A stretch of 64,000 nt of DNA from Deltaproteobacteria bacterium (GTDB lineage: Bacteria > Desulfobacterota > Dissulfuribacteria > Dissulfuribacterales > QOAL01). The notes beneath the pieces were generated by a model. It worked only from the letters and a program-made list of their open reading frames with translations. It searched no databases and was not told the DNA's origin. Below are positions 19,887-27,949 of this stretch, piece by piece. Every line of letters starts with the position of its first letter. The first letter of the stretch is position 1. The stretch spans positions 14,265 through 78,264 of the forward strand of contig JALSNW010000022.1 of NCBI GenBank assembly GCA_026986785.1, written 5' to 3'. The translations under genes were made by a program, and so were the position numbers.

Positions 19887-20960
19887 TTAATAGTGCATCT
19901 GGGGTGGAATCCTGGTTGCCGGTGCCTGATATTCCATGTCTATGGGATATCCCAGCTTCTTGTCATACTTCAGAATCCGGTCCTTGTTCTCCCAAAGCTT
20001 ATAGTGATTCGTCACTCTGCCATCGTCAAGATTCAGGATTGACCAGCCAGTGGCATCTCTTTCATGAAAAGGATCTGCCCTGTTCATCATCACTGTGAGC
20101 CTTGGTACCTGATTGGCCTTTTTGATATAACTTACCGGGTAGGGCCAGGGCCAAGAGGTGGACATCATGGCCTCGAAGCTGATGTTCCCAATCTGGTTAT
20201 AGAGGATCTGGTGGACATGGCCATGAAGTACTGTTACCTTGTCGAATTTTTTGAGCACTGCCTGGACCTTCTCTGCATCGTCTGTCCAGAAATTCCATGG
20301 TTTGAATATCTTGTAGAGTGGTGAATGGGACATTACCACCACAGGGGTTTGGCGTGATACCTTGGAAAGGTCCTGTTTCATCCACTGGATCTGCTTGTCT
20401 CCCACCATGAAAGGTGAACCATGGGGATTATCAAGCCTTGCCATGTTGGACATGCGCTCTTGAGGGCTTTTCCACTTATTTATCCAGCTATCATAGGTGA
20501 GGATGCTGTTCAGGACTACGAAATGCACACCCTTGTGATCAAAGCTGTAATAGAGCCGTCCTATCTTCTCTTGCCAATATTGCCCAAGATCAAGATAATA
20601 GTCGTGCTCACCAATGACCCACTTTACTGGGTGACGTAGCCTGGACATGATTTCAAGGCCATGATCAAGCTCTTCCCTCTTGCCAAGCTGCGCAAGATCT
20701 CCTCCATAGACGACAAAATCGGGCTTGGGAGACATGAAATTACACTCTGTAACAGCTTTTTTCAGCCCCTTGTCGAAATTTCGCACGAAATTTGCCCCCT
20801 TGATATGCGTCAGATGGGAATCTGAGATATATGCAAAGGTGAAGTTTCTCTTGTCACTTTGGCCCCAAGATATCTCCACCAGACCCAGGGGCAAGGTTGC
20901 TGCAGCTGCTGCAACAGCTGACCTCTTCAGAAAACTCCTTCGGCTCATCTTCTTTTTCAT
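19887..20960 (-). CDS. Tat-exported calcineurin-like metallophosphoesterase
   Basis: Start set at MKKKMSRRSFLK, with AAGGAGG 6 nt upstream. Twin-arginine motif SRRSFLK. Metallophosphoesterase motifs SDSH, GGDLAQ, GEHD, MSHSP and GHVH. Confidence 0.8.
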   Translation of the reverse strand: MKKKMSRRSFLKRSAVAAAAATLPLGLVEISWGQSDKRNFTFAYISDSHLTHIKGANFVRNFDKGLKKAVTECNFMSPKPDFVVYGGDLAQLGKREELDHGLEIMSRLRHPVKWVIGEHDYYLDLGQYWQEKIGRLYYSFDHKGVHFVVLNSILTYDSWINKWKSPQERMSNMARLDNPHGSPFMVGDKQIQWMKQDLSKVSRQTPVVVMSHSPLYKIFKPWNFWTDDAEKVQAVLKKFDKVTVLHGHVHQILYNQIGNISFEAMMSTSWPWPYPVSYIKKANQVPRLTVMMNRADPFHERDATGWSILNLDDGRVTNHYKLWENKDRILKYDKKLGYPIDMEYQAPATRIPPQMHY

Positions 20961-21015
20961 AACTTTCCTCCTTGGATCCACGTCGAAAGCCATCACCAGG
21001 CCTTCGGCTGCCTTT

Positions 21016-22119
21016 TTATTTTTTGTTTTCATATTCCGGGCTCGTAAGTGCCTTTAAAAACTCGACGAGATCGGCCTTTTCTTGGTCAGTCAGGCGAAGC
21101 GGCCTGATACCACTATCGAGCATAGGGTTGTCTTCCCCGCCCTGATCATAGAGATCTATAACCTCCTCCAGGGTCTCGATACTACCGTCATGCATGTAAG
21201 GCCCTGTAACAGCAACATTTCTGAGTGTTGGGGTCTTAAACCTACCTATATCCTCAAGATCAAGGGTCACAACGAAACGCCCAAGCTCCGACACCTTCTT
21301 GCTACCGAGGATGGATCCGTCGAGCTCTATGCCTGCCTTCTTGGCCTTCTTGACCTTCTCCACGATGTCGAAAAGCTCTGGCTCCACCAAAGAGAAGCCA
21401 ACGCCAAGATTATGATATTTATTGTCTGTGAAGGTGGCGCTGGTCTGTTCTATCCTATGACAGTCCTGACACCTGCCCTTGGTCCTGAAAACCTGAAGTC
21501 CCCGAATAGCCGCCTCAGACATGGCACTTTTTTGCCTGCCATACATATAGCGATCAAAAGGAGAGTCTCCAGATATCACTGTCCGCTCGAAGGATGCTAT
21601 TGCCTTGACGACATGATCAATGGTTATCCCTTGTGGCTCAATGCCAAAGGCCTTACGAAACATGGATGGATAGTCTGGATCCTTCTTGATAATCTCTATT
21701 ATAGGCTTAAAATCCTTGAGGCCATGTTCCACAGGATTGACGAAAGGCCCCTTTGCCTGCTCCTCCAGGGAGGCGACCCTGCCGTCCCAGAACTGCTCCT
21801 TGTAATAAGCTGCATTTACCACAGTGGGTGAATTCCTCGTGCCCTCAAGCCCCTTTATACCCTTGGCGATTGGCAACCCGTCGGTAAATGCCTTCTTCTG
21901 AATGTGGCACGTGGAACAACTGATGGTTCCATCTGCACTGAAACGCTCATCCATAAACAACTTCTTGCCCAAGGCAATCTTTTCTGGGCCTTGTGGATTA
22001 TCTCCTGGCACCGGCACCGGAGGCAGGCCCAAGGGTAGAACCTGACCTGCCCAGCCTAAACAGGTAGAAAAACAAAGCGATACAGCCACAGTGGCCACAA
22101 TCATCCCAAAACCTTTCAT
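21016..22119 (-). CDS. di-haem cytochrome c peroxidase (CCP/MauG family)
   Basis: Signal peptide, two CXXCH motifs (CSTCH, CQDCH), and the conserved PTLRNVAVTGPYMHDGS block. Confidence 0.92.
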   Translation of the reverse strand: MKGFGMIVATVAVSLCFSTCLGWAGQVLPLGLPPVPVPGDNPQGPEKIALGKKLFMDERFSADGTISCSTCHIQKKAFTDGLPIAKGIKGLEGTRNSPTVVNAAYYKEQFWDGRVASLEEQAKGPFVNPVEHGLKDFKPIIEIIKKDPDYPSMFRKAFGIEPQGITIDHVVKAIASFERTVISGDSPFDRYMYGRQKSAMSEAAIRGLQVFRTKGRCQDCHRIEQTSATFTDNKYHNLGVGFSLVEPELFDIVEKVKKAKKAGIELDGSILGSKKVSELGRFVVTLDLEDIGRFKTPTLRNVAVTGPYMHDGSIETLEEVIDLYDQGGEDNPMLDSGIRPLRLTDQEKADLVEFLKALTSPEYENKK

Positions 22120-22230
22120 CTCAGAAAGTCCTCCTTTTTGTTTTTTTGATCAAGGAACGATCCCTTCTGAAGATGCCTTCTAAGAGCGACAAAAACTTAA
22201 TTTACATTCCTTGATCTTTATTTATCTTAT

Positions 22231-22247
22231 TTAAGAATAATTCTTAA
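22231..22247. promoter_or_regulatory. perfect 7-1-7 palindrome, candidate Fur/PerR-family operator in the peroxidase promoter
   Basis: TTAAGAAT-A-ATTCTTAA, 112 nt upstream of the peroxidase ATG. On the - strand it sits between a TTGTTA (-35-like) and a TAAGAT (-10-like) hexamer. Confidence 0.6.
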
Positions 22248-22268
22248 CAATAAACCCAAAAAAACGCC

Positions 22269-22751
22269 CTACCTCCCCTCCCCTTTCTTCAAACATTCCT
22301 GGCAAAGACCCCTCAGTTCTGCCTGCTGCTCAAGGATCTTCCCAAAATTCTTTGTGCCTTCGGGCAGGACCATGGCATCGAACTCAGGCCATCTGAAATC
22401 GATTATCTTCTTGCACCTGACACATATGAAATGATGATGATGATCTGTATCTGGATCGAATCTGGCCTGATCATAAAGCACATGAACCTTCTTTATTAGG
22501 CCTAATCTCTCAAAGGTTGCAAGGGTCCTATAGATTGTGTCCAGGGATATGGTGGGCATAGTCTTCTTTAGCCTCTCGTACAACAACTCGGCAGATGGAT
22601 GATCCTTTGCCCTTGAGATCTCCTTGAATATCTCAAGGCGTTGATGCGTCAGCCTTATTCCCTGCTGCTCACAGATTTTTCTGAGCATTTGAAGAGAAGC
22701 TGTACTATTGTCTTTTGCCGAATCTTTCATATCTTTCCTGGACTTCGTCAA
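22269..22751 (-). CDS. Fur-family transcriptional repressor, PerR-like by context
   Basis: Winged-helix N-domain. HHHHFICVRCKK...CQEC gives two CXXC pairs plus a His-rich metal site. The listed start is a TTG; an ATG at 22730 with an AGGA upstream is an alternative start. Confidence 0.85.
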   Translation of the reverse strand: MTKSRKDMKDSAKDNSTASLQMLRKICEQQGIRLTHQRLEIFKEISRAKDHPSAELLYERLKKTMPTISLDTIYRTLATFERLGLIKKVHVLYDQARFDPDTDHHHHFICVRCKKIIDFRWPEFDAMVLPEGTKNFGKILEQQAELRGLCQECLKKGEGR

Positions 22752-22762
22752 ACAAATACCAC

Positions 22763-22787
22763 TTAGTAATTATTCTTATTTAAGAAT
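22763..22787. promoter_or_regulatory. second, overlapping pair of the same box upstream of the Fur-family gene (candidate autoregulatory operator)
   Basis: 22763-22779 matches the 22231 palindrome at 14 of 17 positions (reverse strand). 22772-22787 is ATTCTTA-TT-TAAGAAT. Confidence 0.5.
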
Positions 22788-23014
22788 AAACCATACCAAA
22801 TGACAAGTCAAACAAAAAAAATCCCAGCCACCCTGAAGTCCGTGAAGCCGTTTTAGCCTTCCAAGACATTGGGGATCTTTGAGGAGGGGATACATGGGGA
22901 AAATGCAGCCACCACGCAAATGGCATGATTTCGAACCTTATTCTTTTGAATGCAAAACAGTTATATGGTAAACAAGGCAAAACAACCCGAAATAGACCGA
23001 AAGATTGACCCAAT

Positions 23015-23635
23015 ATGAAACTTAGAGGGCTCTACGCCATAACAGACAGCAGACTCACCCCTACTCCTTCGATCTTGGAAATGGTCGACAAGGCTATATC
23101 AGGTGGTGCAGCCATCGTACAGCTCAGGGATAAGAACAAACCAGACAAAGAACTCCTGGAGATGGCAACGAGACTATGCCGGCTCTGCAAGGATAGAGGG
23201 GTGATTTTCATCGTCAATGATAGGATCGAACTTGCCAAACTGACAGATGCACATGGCATACATATCGGCAAAGATGATATCGATCCATCTTCTGCCAGGG
23301 CCATGCTTCCAGGCAAGATAATCGGCGTATCCTGCTACAATAGCCTGGAGACAGCCATTGAGGCGGAAAAGGCAGGGGCAGACTATGTAGCATTTGGCTC
23401 CTTTTTCCCATCTCCCACCAAGCCAAATGCGGTCGAGGTACCTTTGAGGCTGCTGACACAAGCACGCACAAGCCTAAGAATCCCCATATGTGCCATAGGT
23501 GGTATAGATCCGAACAACGCCATTCAAACCATATACGCAGGCGCAGACATGGTAGCTGTCATAAGCAGCCTCTGGGAGGCACCCGACGTAAAAGCCCAAG
23601 CACAAAAATTTGCCAAGCTATTTCACATGAGATGA
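23015..23635 (+). CDS. thiE: thiamine-phosphate synthase
   Basis: 206 aa. N-terminal LYAITD and a TIM-barrel ThiE-like sequence throughout. Confidence 0.9.
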   Translation: MKLRGLYAITDSRLTPTPSILEMVDKAISGGAAIVQLRDKNKPDKELLEMATRLCRLCKDRGVIFIVNDRIELAKLTDAHGIHIGKDDIDPSSARAMLPGKIIGVSCYNSLETAIEAEKAGADYVAFGSFFPSPTKPNAVEVPLRLLTQARTSLRIPICAIGGIDPNNAIQTIYAGADMVAVISSLWEAPDVKAQAQKFAKLFHMR

Positions 23636-23641
23636 TGGGCT

Positions 23642-23670
23642 TTGACATCTTGTCCCTAAAGGATTAATTA
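23642..23670 (+). promoter_or_regulatory. sigma-70-like promoter for the nfu-like gene
   Basis: TTGACA, 17-nt spacer, TAATTA, about 58 nt upstream of the ATG at 23729. Confidence 0.4.
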
Positions 23671-23728
23671 GAGCATCTCCAGAATTTTTTAGAAGACTAT
23701 AGACAAGACATTCAGGAGCAAAACAACG

Positions 23729-23956
23729 ATGAAAGAAAAGGTGCAAAAGGCCTTGGATCAGGTCCGCCCAATGCTGCAGCAGGATGGCGGTGATGTAGAA
23801 CTCGTCGACGTGGATGAGGAAACGGGTGTTGTAAGCGTCAGGCTCACAGGTGCATGCAAGGGCTGCCCCATGAGTCAGATCACCCTAAAAGCAGGCATAG
23901 AACGCTATCTAAAGAGCGAGGTAGCAGAAGTTTCATCCGTAGAGGCCGTGGACTGA
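23729..23956 (+). CDS. NifU-like (Nfu C-terminal domain) Fe-S cluster carrier
   Basis: 75 aa with the CKGCPMS (CXXC) motif and the [10 protein letters not shown] block typical of Nfu domains. Confidence 0.85.
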   Translation: MKEKVQKALDQVRPMLQQDGGDVELVDVDEETGVVSVRLTGACKGCPMSQITLKAGIERYLKSEVAEVSSVEAVD

Positions 23957-23961
23957 AAAAA

Positions 23962-24432
23962 TCAGTGATGATAGGGACTGCCAGCATTTATTGTCGCAGC
24001 CCTATACAACTGCTCCATCAGGATCAGGCGTGCCATTTCATGGGTGAATGTCAACCGGGAAAGACTCATAGAAAAATCACAATCCTGGAGCACAGCCTGG
24101 GACAGGCCATATGCCCCCCCAATTATAAAAGCAAGCCTCCTACTTCCCTGCTCTTCTCTATTCTTCAACATAAAGGCAAGTTCTTCAGAAGACAGGCTTT
24201 TGCCATGGAGGTCCAAGGCGATCTTGTAACAGCCCTGAGGTACGGCCCTTTTGAGAAAGGCCCCCTCCTTTTCCACAATCTCCTGCCTTTTTTTAACATT
24301 GCCCTTGGCAGCCTTTGTCTGTTGCAGTTTTACTTGATAGTAATTTCCTAATTTCTTAAGATAAAATTCCAGGCCATCTTGAAGCCACCTTGCTTTGATT
24401 TTCCCAGGCCAAAGGAGATAGATTTTCAACAT
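23962..24432 (-). CDS. rlmH: 23S rRNA (pseudouridine1915-N3)-methyltransferase
   Basis: The tracked 263-aa ORF is trimmed to the MLKIYLLWPGKIK start (156 aa). SPOUT RlmH C-terminus FIIGGAYGL...LTFTHEMAR. Confidence 0.88.
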   Translation of the reverse strand: MLKIYLLWPGKIKARWLQDGLEFYLKKLGNYYQVKLQQTKAAKGNVKKRQEIVEKEGAFLKRAVPQGCYKIALDLHGKSLSSEELAFMLKNREEQGSRRLAFIIGGAYGLSQAVLQDCDFSMSLSRLTFTHEMARLILMEQLYRAATINAGSPYHH

Positions 24433-25861
24433 GACCACCTCTGAAAACATCAAAAAGCTTTTAAAGTCTATACCCAAGACAGACAAAATACTCCAGACTC
24501 TACCAATTGACATCCCATCTGGCTTTAAGCTTCGACTCTGCCGCAGGGTACTGGACAACTTGCGCCATAGCATACTCGCAGGAAGACTCACAGATATTGA
24601 TGCATTGTCCCTGGAATCTGTTGCACAGATGGTACACAAAGAGCTGGAAAAGGCAATGAGCCCATCCCTAAAACCGGTTATCAACGCAACCGGCGTGGTG
24701 GTACACACCAATTTGGGCAGGTCCCTATTGCCAGAGGAGCTCTTCAAATCCATGTTCGAGATAGCAGTAAACTACTCCAATCTTGAATATGATCTGGAAC
24801 TCGGTAAGCGCGGCAGCCGTTACAGTCATGTCGAAGAGATACTATGCGAATTGACAGGGGCTGAATCCGCCTTGGTAGTGAACAACAACGCAGCAGCCGT
24901 GCTCATAAGTCTGGAGACCCTGGCCAAGGGCAAGGAGGTCATTGTTTCAAGGGGAGAGCTGGTTGAGATCGGGGGCTCCTTCAGGATACCAGATGTCATG
25001 GCCAGAAGTGGTGCCATCCTGAGGGAGGTAGGTGCTACCAACAGGACCCATCTTGCTGATTACGAACGGGCCATAGGGGACAATACGGCCCTTCTCATGA
25101 AGGTACACCAGAGTAATTTCGCCATAGTTGGATTCACCCTCTCAGTGCCCATGATGGAACTCAAGGCCCTGGGCAAAAGACATGACCTGCCTGTCATAGA
25201 AGACCTCGGAAGCGGTAACCTCATAGACCTGAGACCCTATGGTTTCATCCACGAACCCACTGTTAAGGAGTCCCTCGATGCTGGGGCAGATCTTGTATCT
25301 TTCAGTGGAGACAAGATGCTTGGAGGGCCCCAGGCGGGTATTATTGTAGGAAAGAAAGAATTGGTGGACAAAATAAAGAAGAATCCCCTCAACAGGGCAG
25401 TCCGGATCGACAAACTCACCCTTGCTGGCCTGGAAGGCACCCTCAGGATATATAGAGATCCAGACAAAGCCCTCTCACGTATTCCCACCCTCAAGATGCT
25501 CTCCATGCCCCTGGAAGAGACGAGACAACGGGCAGAGCACCTACTCGAGGCCATAAGGACAACAGGAGTGAACACACTAAAGATTGGCACATGCGAGACC
25601 ATATCAAGAGTCGGGGGAGGGGCATTGCCCCTTCAAGACCTGCGATCAACGGCTGTAACCCTGGAGTTGCCTGCTACTCAAGATGAGGCCCATTCTCTCA
25701 TAGCTGTACTCGAGCGGGCATTGAGGCTTGGTGACCCCCCGGTAATCGTTCGCATAGAAGACGACAAGATCCTTCTGGATGTAAGGACCATAAAGACGGA
25801 ACAATTCCCCATAGTGGCAGGATGTATCAAGAAGGCAATGGCGACCATAGGCCGAGTTTAA
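24431..25861 (+). CDS. selA: L-seryl-tRNA(Sec) selenium transferase
   Basis: 476 aa. SelA N-terminal domain and PLP-lysine block FSGDKMLGGPQAGIIVG. Confidence 0.92.
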   Translation: MTTSENIKKLLKSIPKTDKILQTLPIDIPSGFKLRLCRRVLDNLRHSILAGRLTDIDALSLESVAQMVHKELEKAMSPSLKPVINATGVVVHTNLGRSLLPEELFKSMFEIAVNYSNLEYDLELGKRGSRYSHVEEILCELTGAESALVVNNNAAAVLISLETLAKGKEVIVSRGELVEIGGSFRIPDVMARSGAILREVGATNRTHLADYERAIGDNTALLMKVHQSNFAIVGFTLSVPMMELKALGKRHDLPVIEDLGSGNLIDLRPYGFIHEPTVKESLDAGADLVSFSGDKMLGGPQAGIIVGKKELVDKIKKNPLNRAVRIDKLTLAGLEGTLRIYRDPDKALSRIPTLKMLSMPLEETRQRAEHLLEAIRTTGVNTLKIGTCETISRVGGGALPLQDLRSTAVTLELPATQDEAHSLIAVLERALRLGDPPVIVRIEDDKILLDVRTIKTEQFPIVAGCIKKAMATIGRV

Positions 25862-25885
25862 CCCTTGACCACCTCTCCTGAATAA

Positions 25886-27772
25886 ATGGAAATGGAAACC
25901 TTCGATATCACCTTAACCCCTTCCGATGTCCAACGCTTGGGCCCAGAAATCATAGAAGGCATAAAGGGGTTCTTGACCTTTGAAAAGGCCCGTTTCCTGC
26001 CATGCCGCACCAAAGAGGACATTCTCGATATCCTCATGGCAATACCCATGTCTGCCAGGCAGAGGGAAAGGGCAGAAAGAGAGATCCTCAAAAAAAATGG
26101 TTTCTGGGACCGGGTAGGGCAAAGGGCCCTAATCCCTATTATTCCCAAGTACGAAGACCTTTATTTGGGACTATTGGAATTCATTGCCGTGCCAAAAGAC
26201 GTCTCCCCAGATGAGGCCAAAAGGATCCTCTGTCTCATAAAGACCATCCTTCAAGACAGGCTTGTCTTGACCAAGCTTTCAAGGACCTCATCCACAGGAG
26301 ATGAACCCCCTCTTTACATCTTGGACCTTTTGAAAAACAGTCCCGGTCAGGGCCTAAACATCGTTCAAGCCTCATTCTTCCACAAAACACCTGGGCATGA
26401 AAGGATACAAAAGGCAGCTGAAGATGTTTTCCCTGGTGCCCATATAGAACTGGCTGGCAGAAGTTGTTCAACGCTTTGGTACACGATCCAAGAAGTTGGA
26501 GAAAACAACTTTTCCAAGGGCATAAGAAAACTTGCCCTCTTGTTGACCAAGATGGGCCAACCATTCAGGGCAATTATGGGCCACAGGATCCTCAAAGACC
26601 TGGAAGAGGTCTCCCATCTGCAGCATGTAGCCAAGGGCCTAAAAAGCGCTGTACTGATGCCCTCTGCCATGGAAACCATCCTGTTGAAAACAGGGGCAGA
26701 TCTCATGAACCCAGCATTTGGCACGAGACAGACCCTCACAGGCCTTGGAAATCGTTGCTGTGTAATGGTCAGTATCGAATCATTGGCTGCGGGCAACAGG
26801 ATCAAAGAGGGCTTCTTGCACATGGAAGCGGGCCCGGAGATACTACAGGTCGGACCAAGATGCCTTATGCTCTATTTCAGAGGCATCACAATCCATAGAG
26901 ACAGTAACTTGGCCAAGTGGACAGAGACATTGTTCCAAGAGATGATGCGCATCGCCCGCTCAAGTATAACTGTTGGTGTTGCATGCCCTTGTCAATCTGG
27001 GGTATCCAAGAGATATCTACCTTTTTCGGCCCTCATGGCACTACTTCATGCACATTTATTGGGAAAGGGCAAATTGGCGGTCTTCGACCATGTGACCTGT
27101 AACGTACACGGAGACCTTCTGGTCTCATGGGGGGATATAAAAGGCGCGTGCAGGGCCTATCGTGCAGGACTCAAACTCAATCCTTCCGACGCCAACCTGC
27201 TAAATAGCCTGGGTGTCTGTTTAGCAGATCTAAAACGTACAAAGGATGCGCAAGACTGCTTTCACAAGGTACTCGTGTCTACACCAGATAATTTCATGGC
27301 CCTTTACAACCTATCAGGCATCAACCTGAACCAAGGCAACCTGCAAGAAGCAGAAAGGCAGGCACAAAAAGCCTATTCCATGGACAAACACAATCCTGTC
27401 ATCCTCATCAGACTCGCCAATTGCTGGATGAGGCAGAAAAAATTCGGTCAGGTCATCCAATTACTCCTGCCCCAGATCCCAGAAAACCCCGCAGCCCCTG
27501 CCCTATCCCTCCTTAAGATATGCGGCCAAGCAGCACTGGAGATGGGCGATTGGGAAAAGGCAAAGGAGATCCTTGCCATGTGCCTAAAAAGAAAGAAAAA
27601 CGATCCCCTCTGCCTTGCCCTTCTCGCCAAGGGATACTTCAGCCATGAACATGATTACGAAACCGCTCTTAGGCTGCTGACACGGATCTCAGAAAAGGCA
27701 TTACATATAAGGGCTGTCAAGGATATCATGGAGGATCTCCAACAAAAAATAGAGATGAAAAAACAACTTTAG
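25886..27772 (+). CDS. TPR-repeat protein with unknown N-terminal region and a possible degenerate GGDEF-like core
   Basis: 628 aa. The C-terminal roughly 220 aa are clear TPR repeats. The middle region (ILQVGPRCLMLYF...SITVGVA...LLHAHLLGKGKLAVFD) resembles a GGDEF fold that has lost its GGDEF signature. Confidence 0.6.
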   Translation: MEMETFDITLTPSDVQRLGPEIIEGIKGFLTFEKARFLPCRTKEDILDILMAIPMSARQRERAEREILKKNGFWDRVGQRALIPIIPKYEDLYLGLLEFIAVPKDVSPDEAKRILCLIKTILQDRLVLTKLSRTSSTGDEPPLYILDLLKNSPGQGLNIVQASFFHKTPGHERIQKAAEDVFPGAHIELAGRSCSTLWYTIQEVGENNFSKGIRKLALLLTKMGQPFRAIMGHRILKDLEEVSHLQHVAKGLKSAVLMPSAMETILLKTGADLMNPAFGTRQTLTGLGNRCCVMVSIESLAAGNRIKEGFLHMEAGPEILQVGPRCLMLYFRGITIHRDSNLAKWTETLFQEMMRIARSSITVGVACPCQSGVSKRYLPFSALMALLHAHLLGKGKLAVFDHVTCNVHGDLLVSWGDIKGACRAYRAGLKLNPSDANLLNSLGVCLADLKRTKDAQDCFHKVLVSTPDNFMALYNLSGINLNQGNLQEAERQAQKAYSMDKHNPVILIRLANCWMRQKKFGQVIQLLLPQIPENPAAPALSLLKICGQAALEMGDWEKAKEILAMCLKRKKNDPLCLALLAKGYFSHEHDYETALRLLTRISEKALHIRAVKDIMEDLQQKIEMKKQL

Positions 27773-27791
27773 TGAAGAGATGTTTATTCAC

Positions 27792-27820
27792 TTGACAAAC
27801 AGCCTCAGGGTAATAATAAT
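27792..27820 (+). promoter_or_regulatory. sigma-70-like promoter for tRNA-Phe
   Basis: Perfect TTGACA, 16-17 nt spacer, TAATAAT. It ends about 20 nt before the tRNA 5' end. Confidence 0.5.
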
Positions 27821-27840
27821 TGCCCAACCTTACCCCATGT

Positions 27841-27916
27841 GCCGAGGTAGCTCAGTCGGTAGAGCAGGGGACTGAAAATCCCCGTGTCGGTGGTTCGATT
27901 CCGCCCCTCGGCACCA
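27841..27916 (+). tRNA. tRNA-Phe (anticodon GAA), CCA encoded
   Basis: 76 nt. Acceptor stem GCCGAGG/CCTCGGC, anticodon stem-loop GGGGA-CTGAAAA-TCCCC, T-arm GGTTCGATTCC, and 3' CCA. Confidence 0.95.
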
Positions 27917-27949
27917 TTCGTAAGAGGTCCTGTTCGCAGAGGACTCCCC

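Noticed and set aside
22788-23014. Possible TPP (THI-box) riboswitch in the 227-nt leader before thiE, and a 77-aa - strand ORF at 22780-23013.
   Set aside because: I find no CTGAGA or ACCTGATCTGGATAATGCCAGCG-like core and no matching helices. The 77-aa ORF has no ribosome-binding site or motif and is probably spurious. A cmscan would settle the riboswitch question.
24433-24753. N-terminal extension of 107 codons on the rlmH ORF (tracked as 23962-24753).
   Set aside because: The extension overlaps selA on the opposite strand and has no RlmH similarity. The canonical RlmH N-terminus begins at the Met encoded at 24432.
25862-25885. Search for tRNA-Sec, selB or SECIS-containing split ORFs around selA and elsewhere in the window.
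   Set aside because: The selA flanks are too short for a tRNA of about 95 nt. The only tRNA-like sequence in the window is tRNA-Phe. I saw no adjacent same-frame ORF pairs separated by a single TGA that look like one protein. Absence by eye is not proof.
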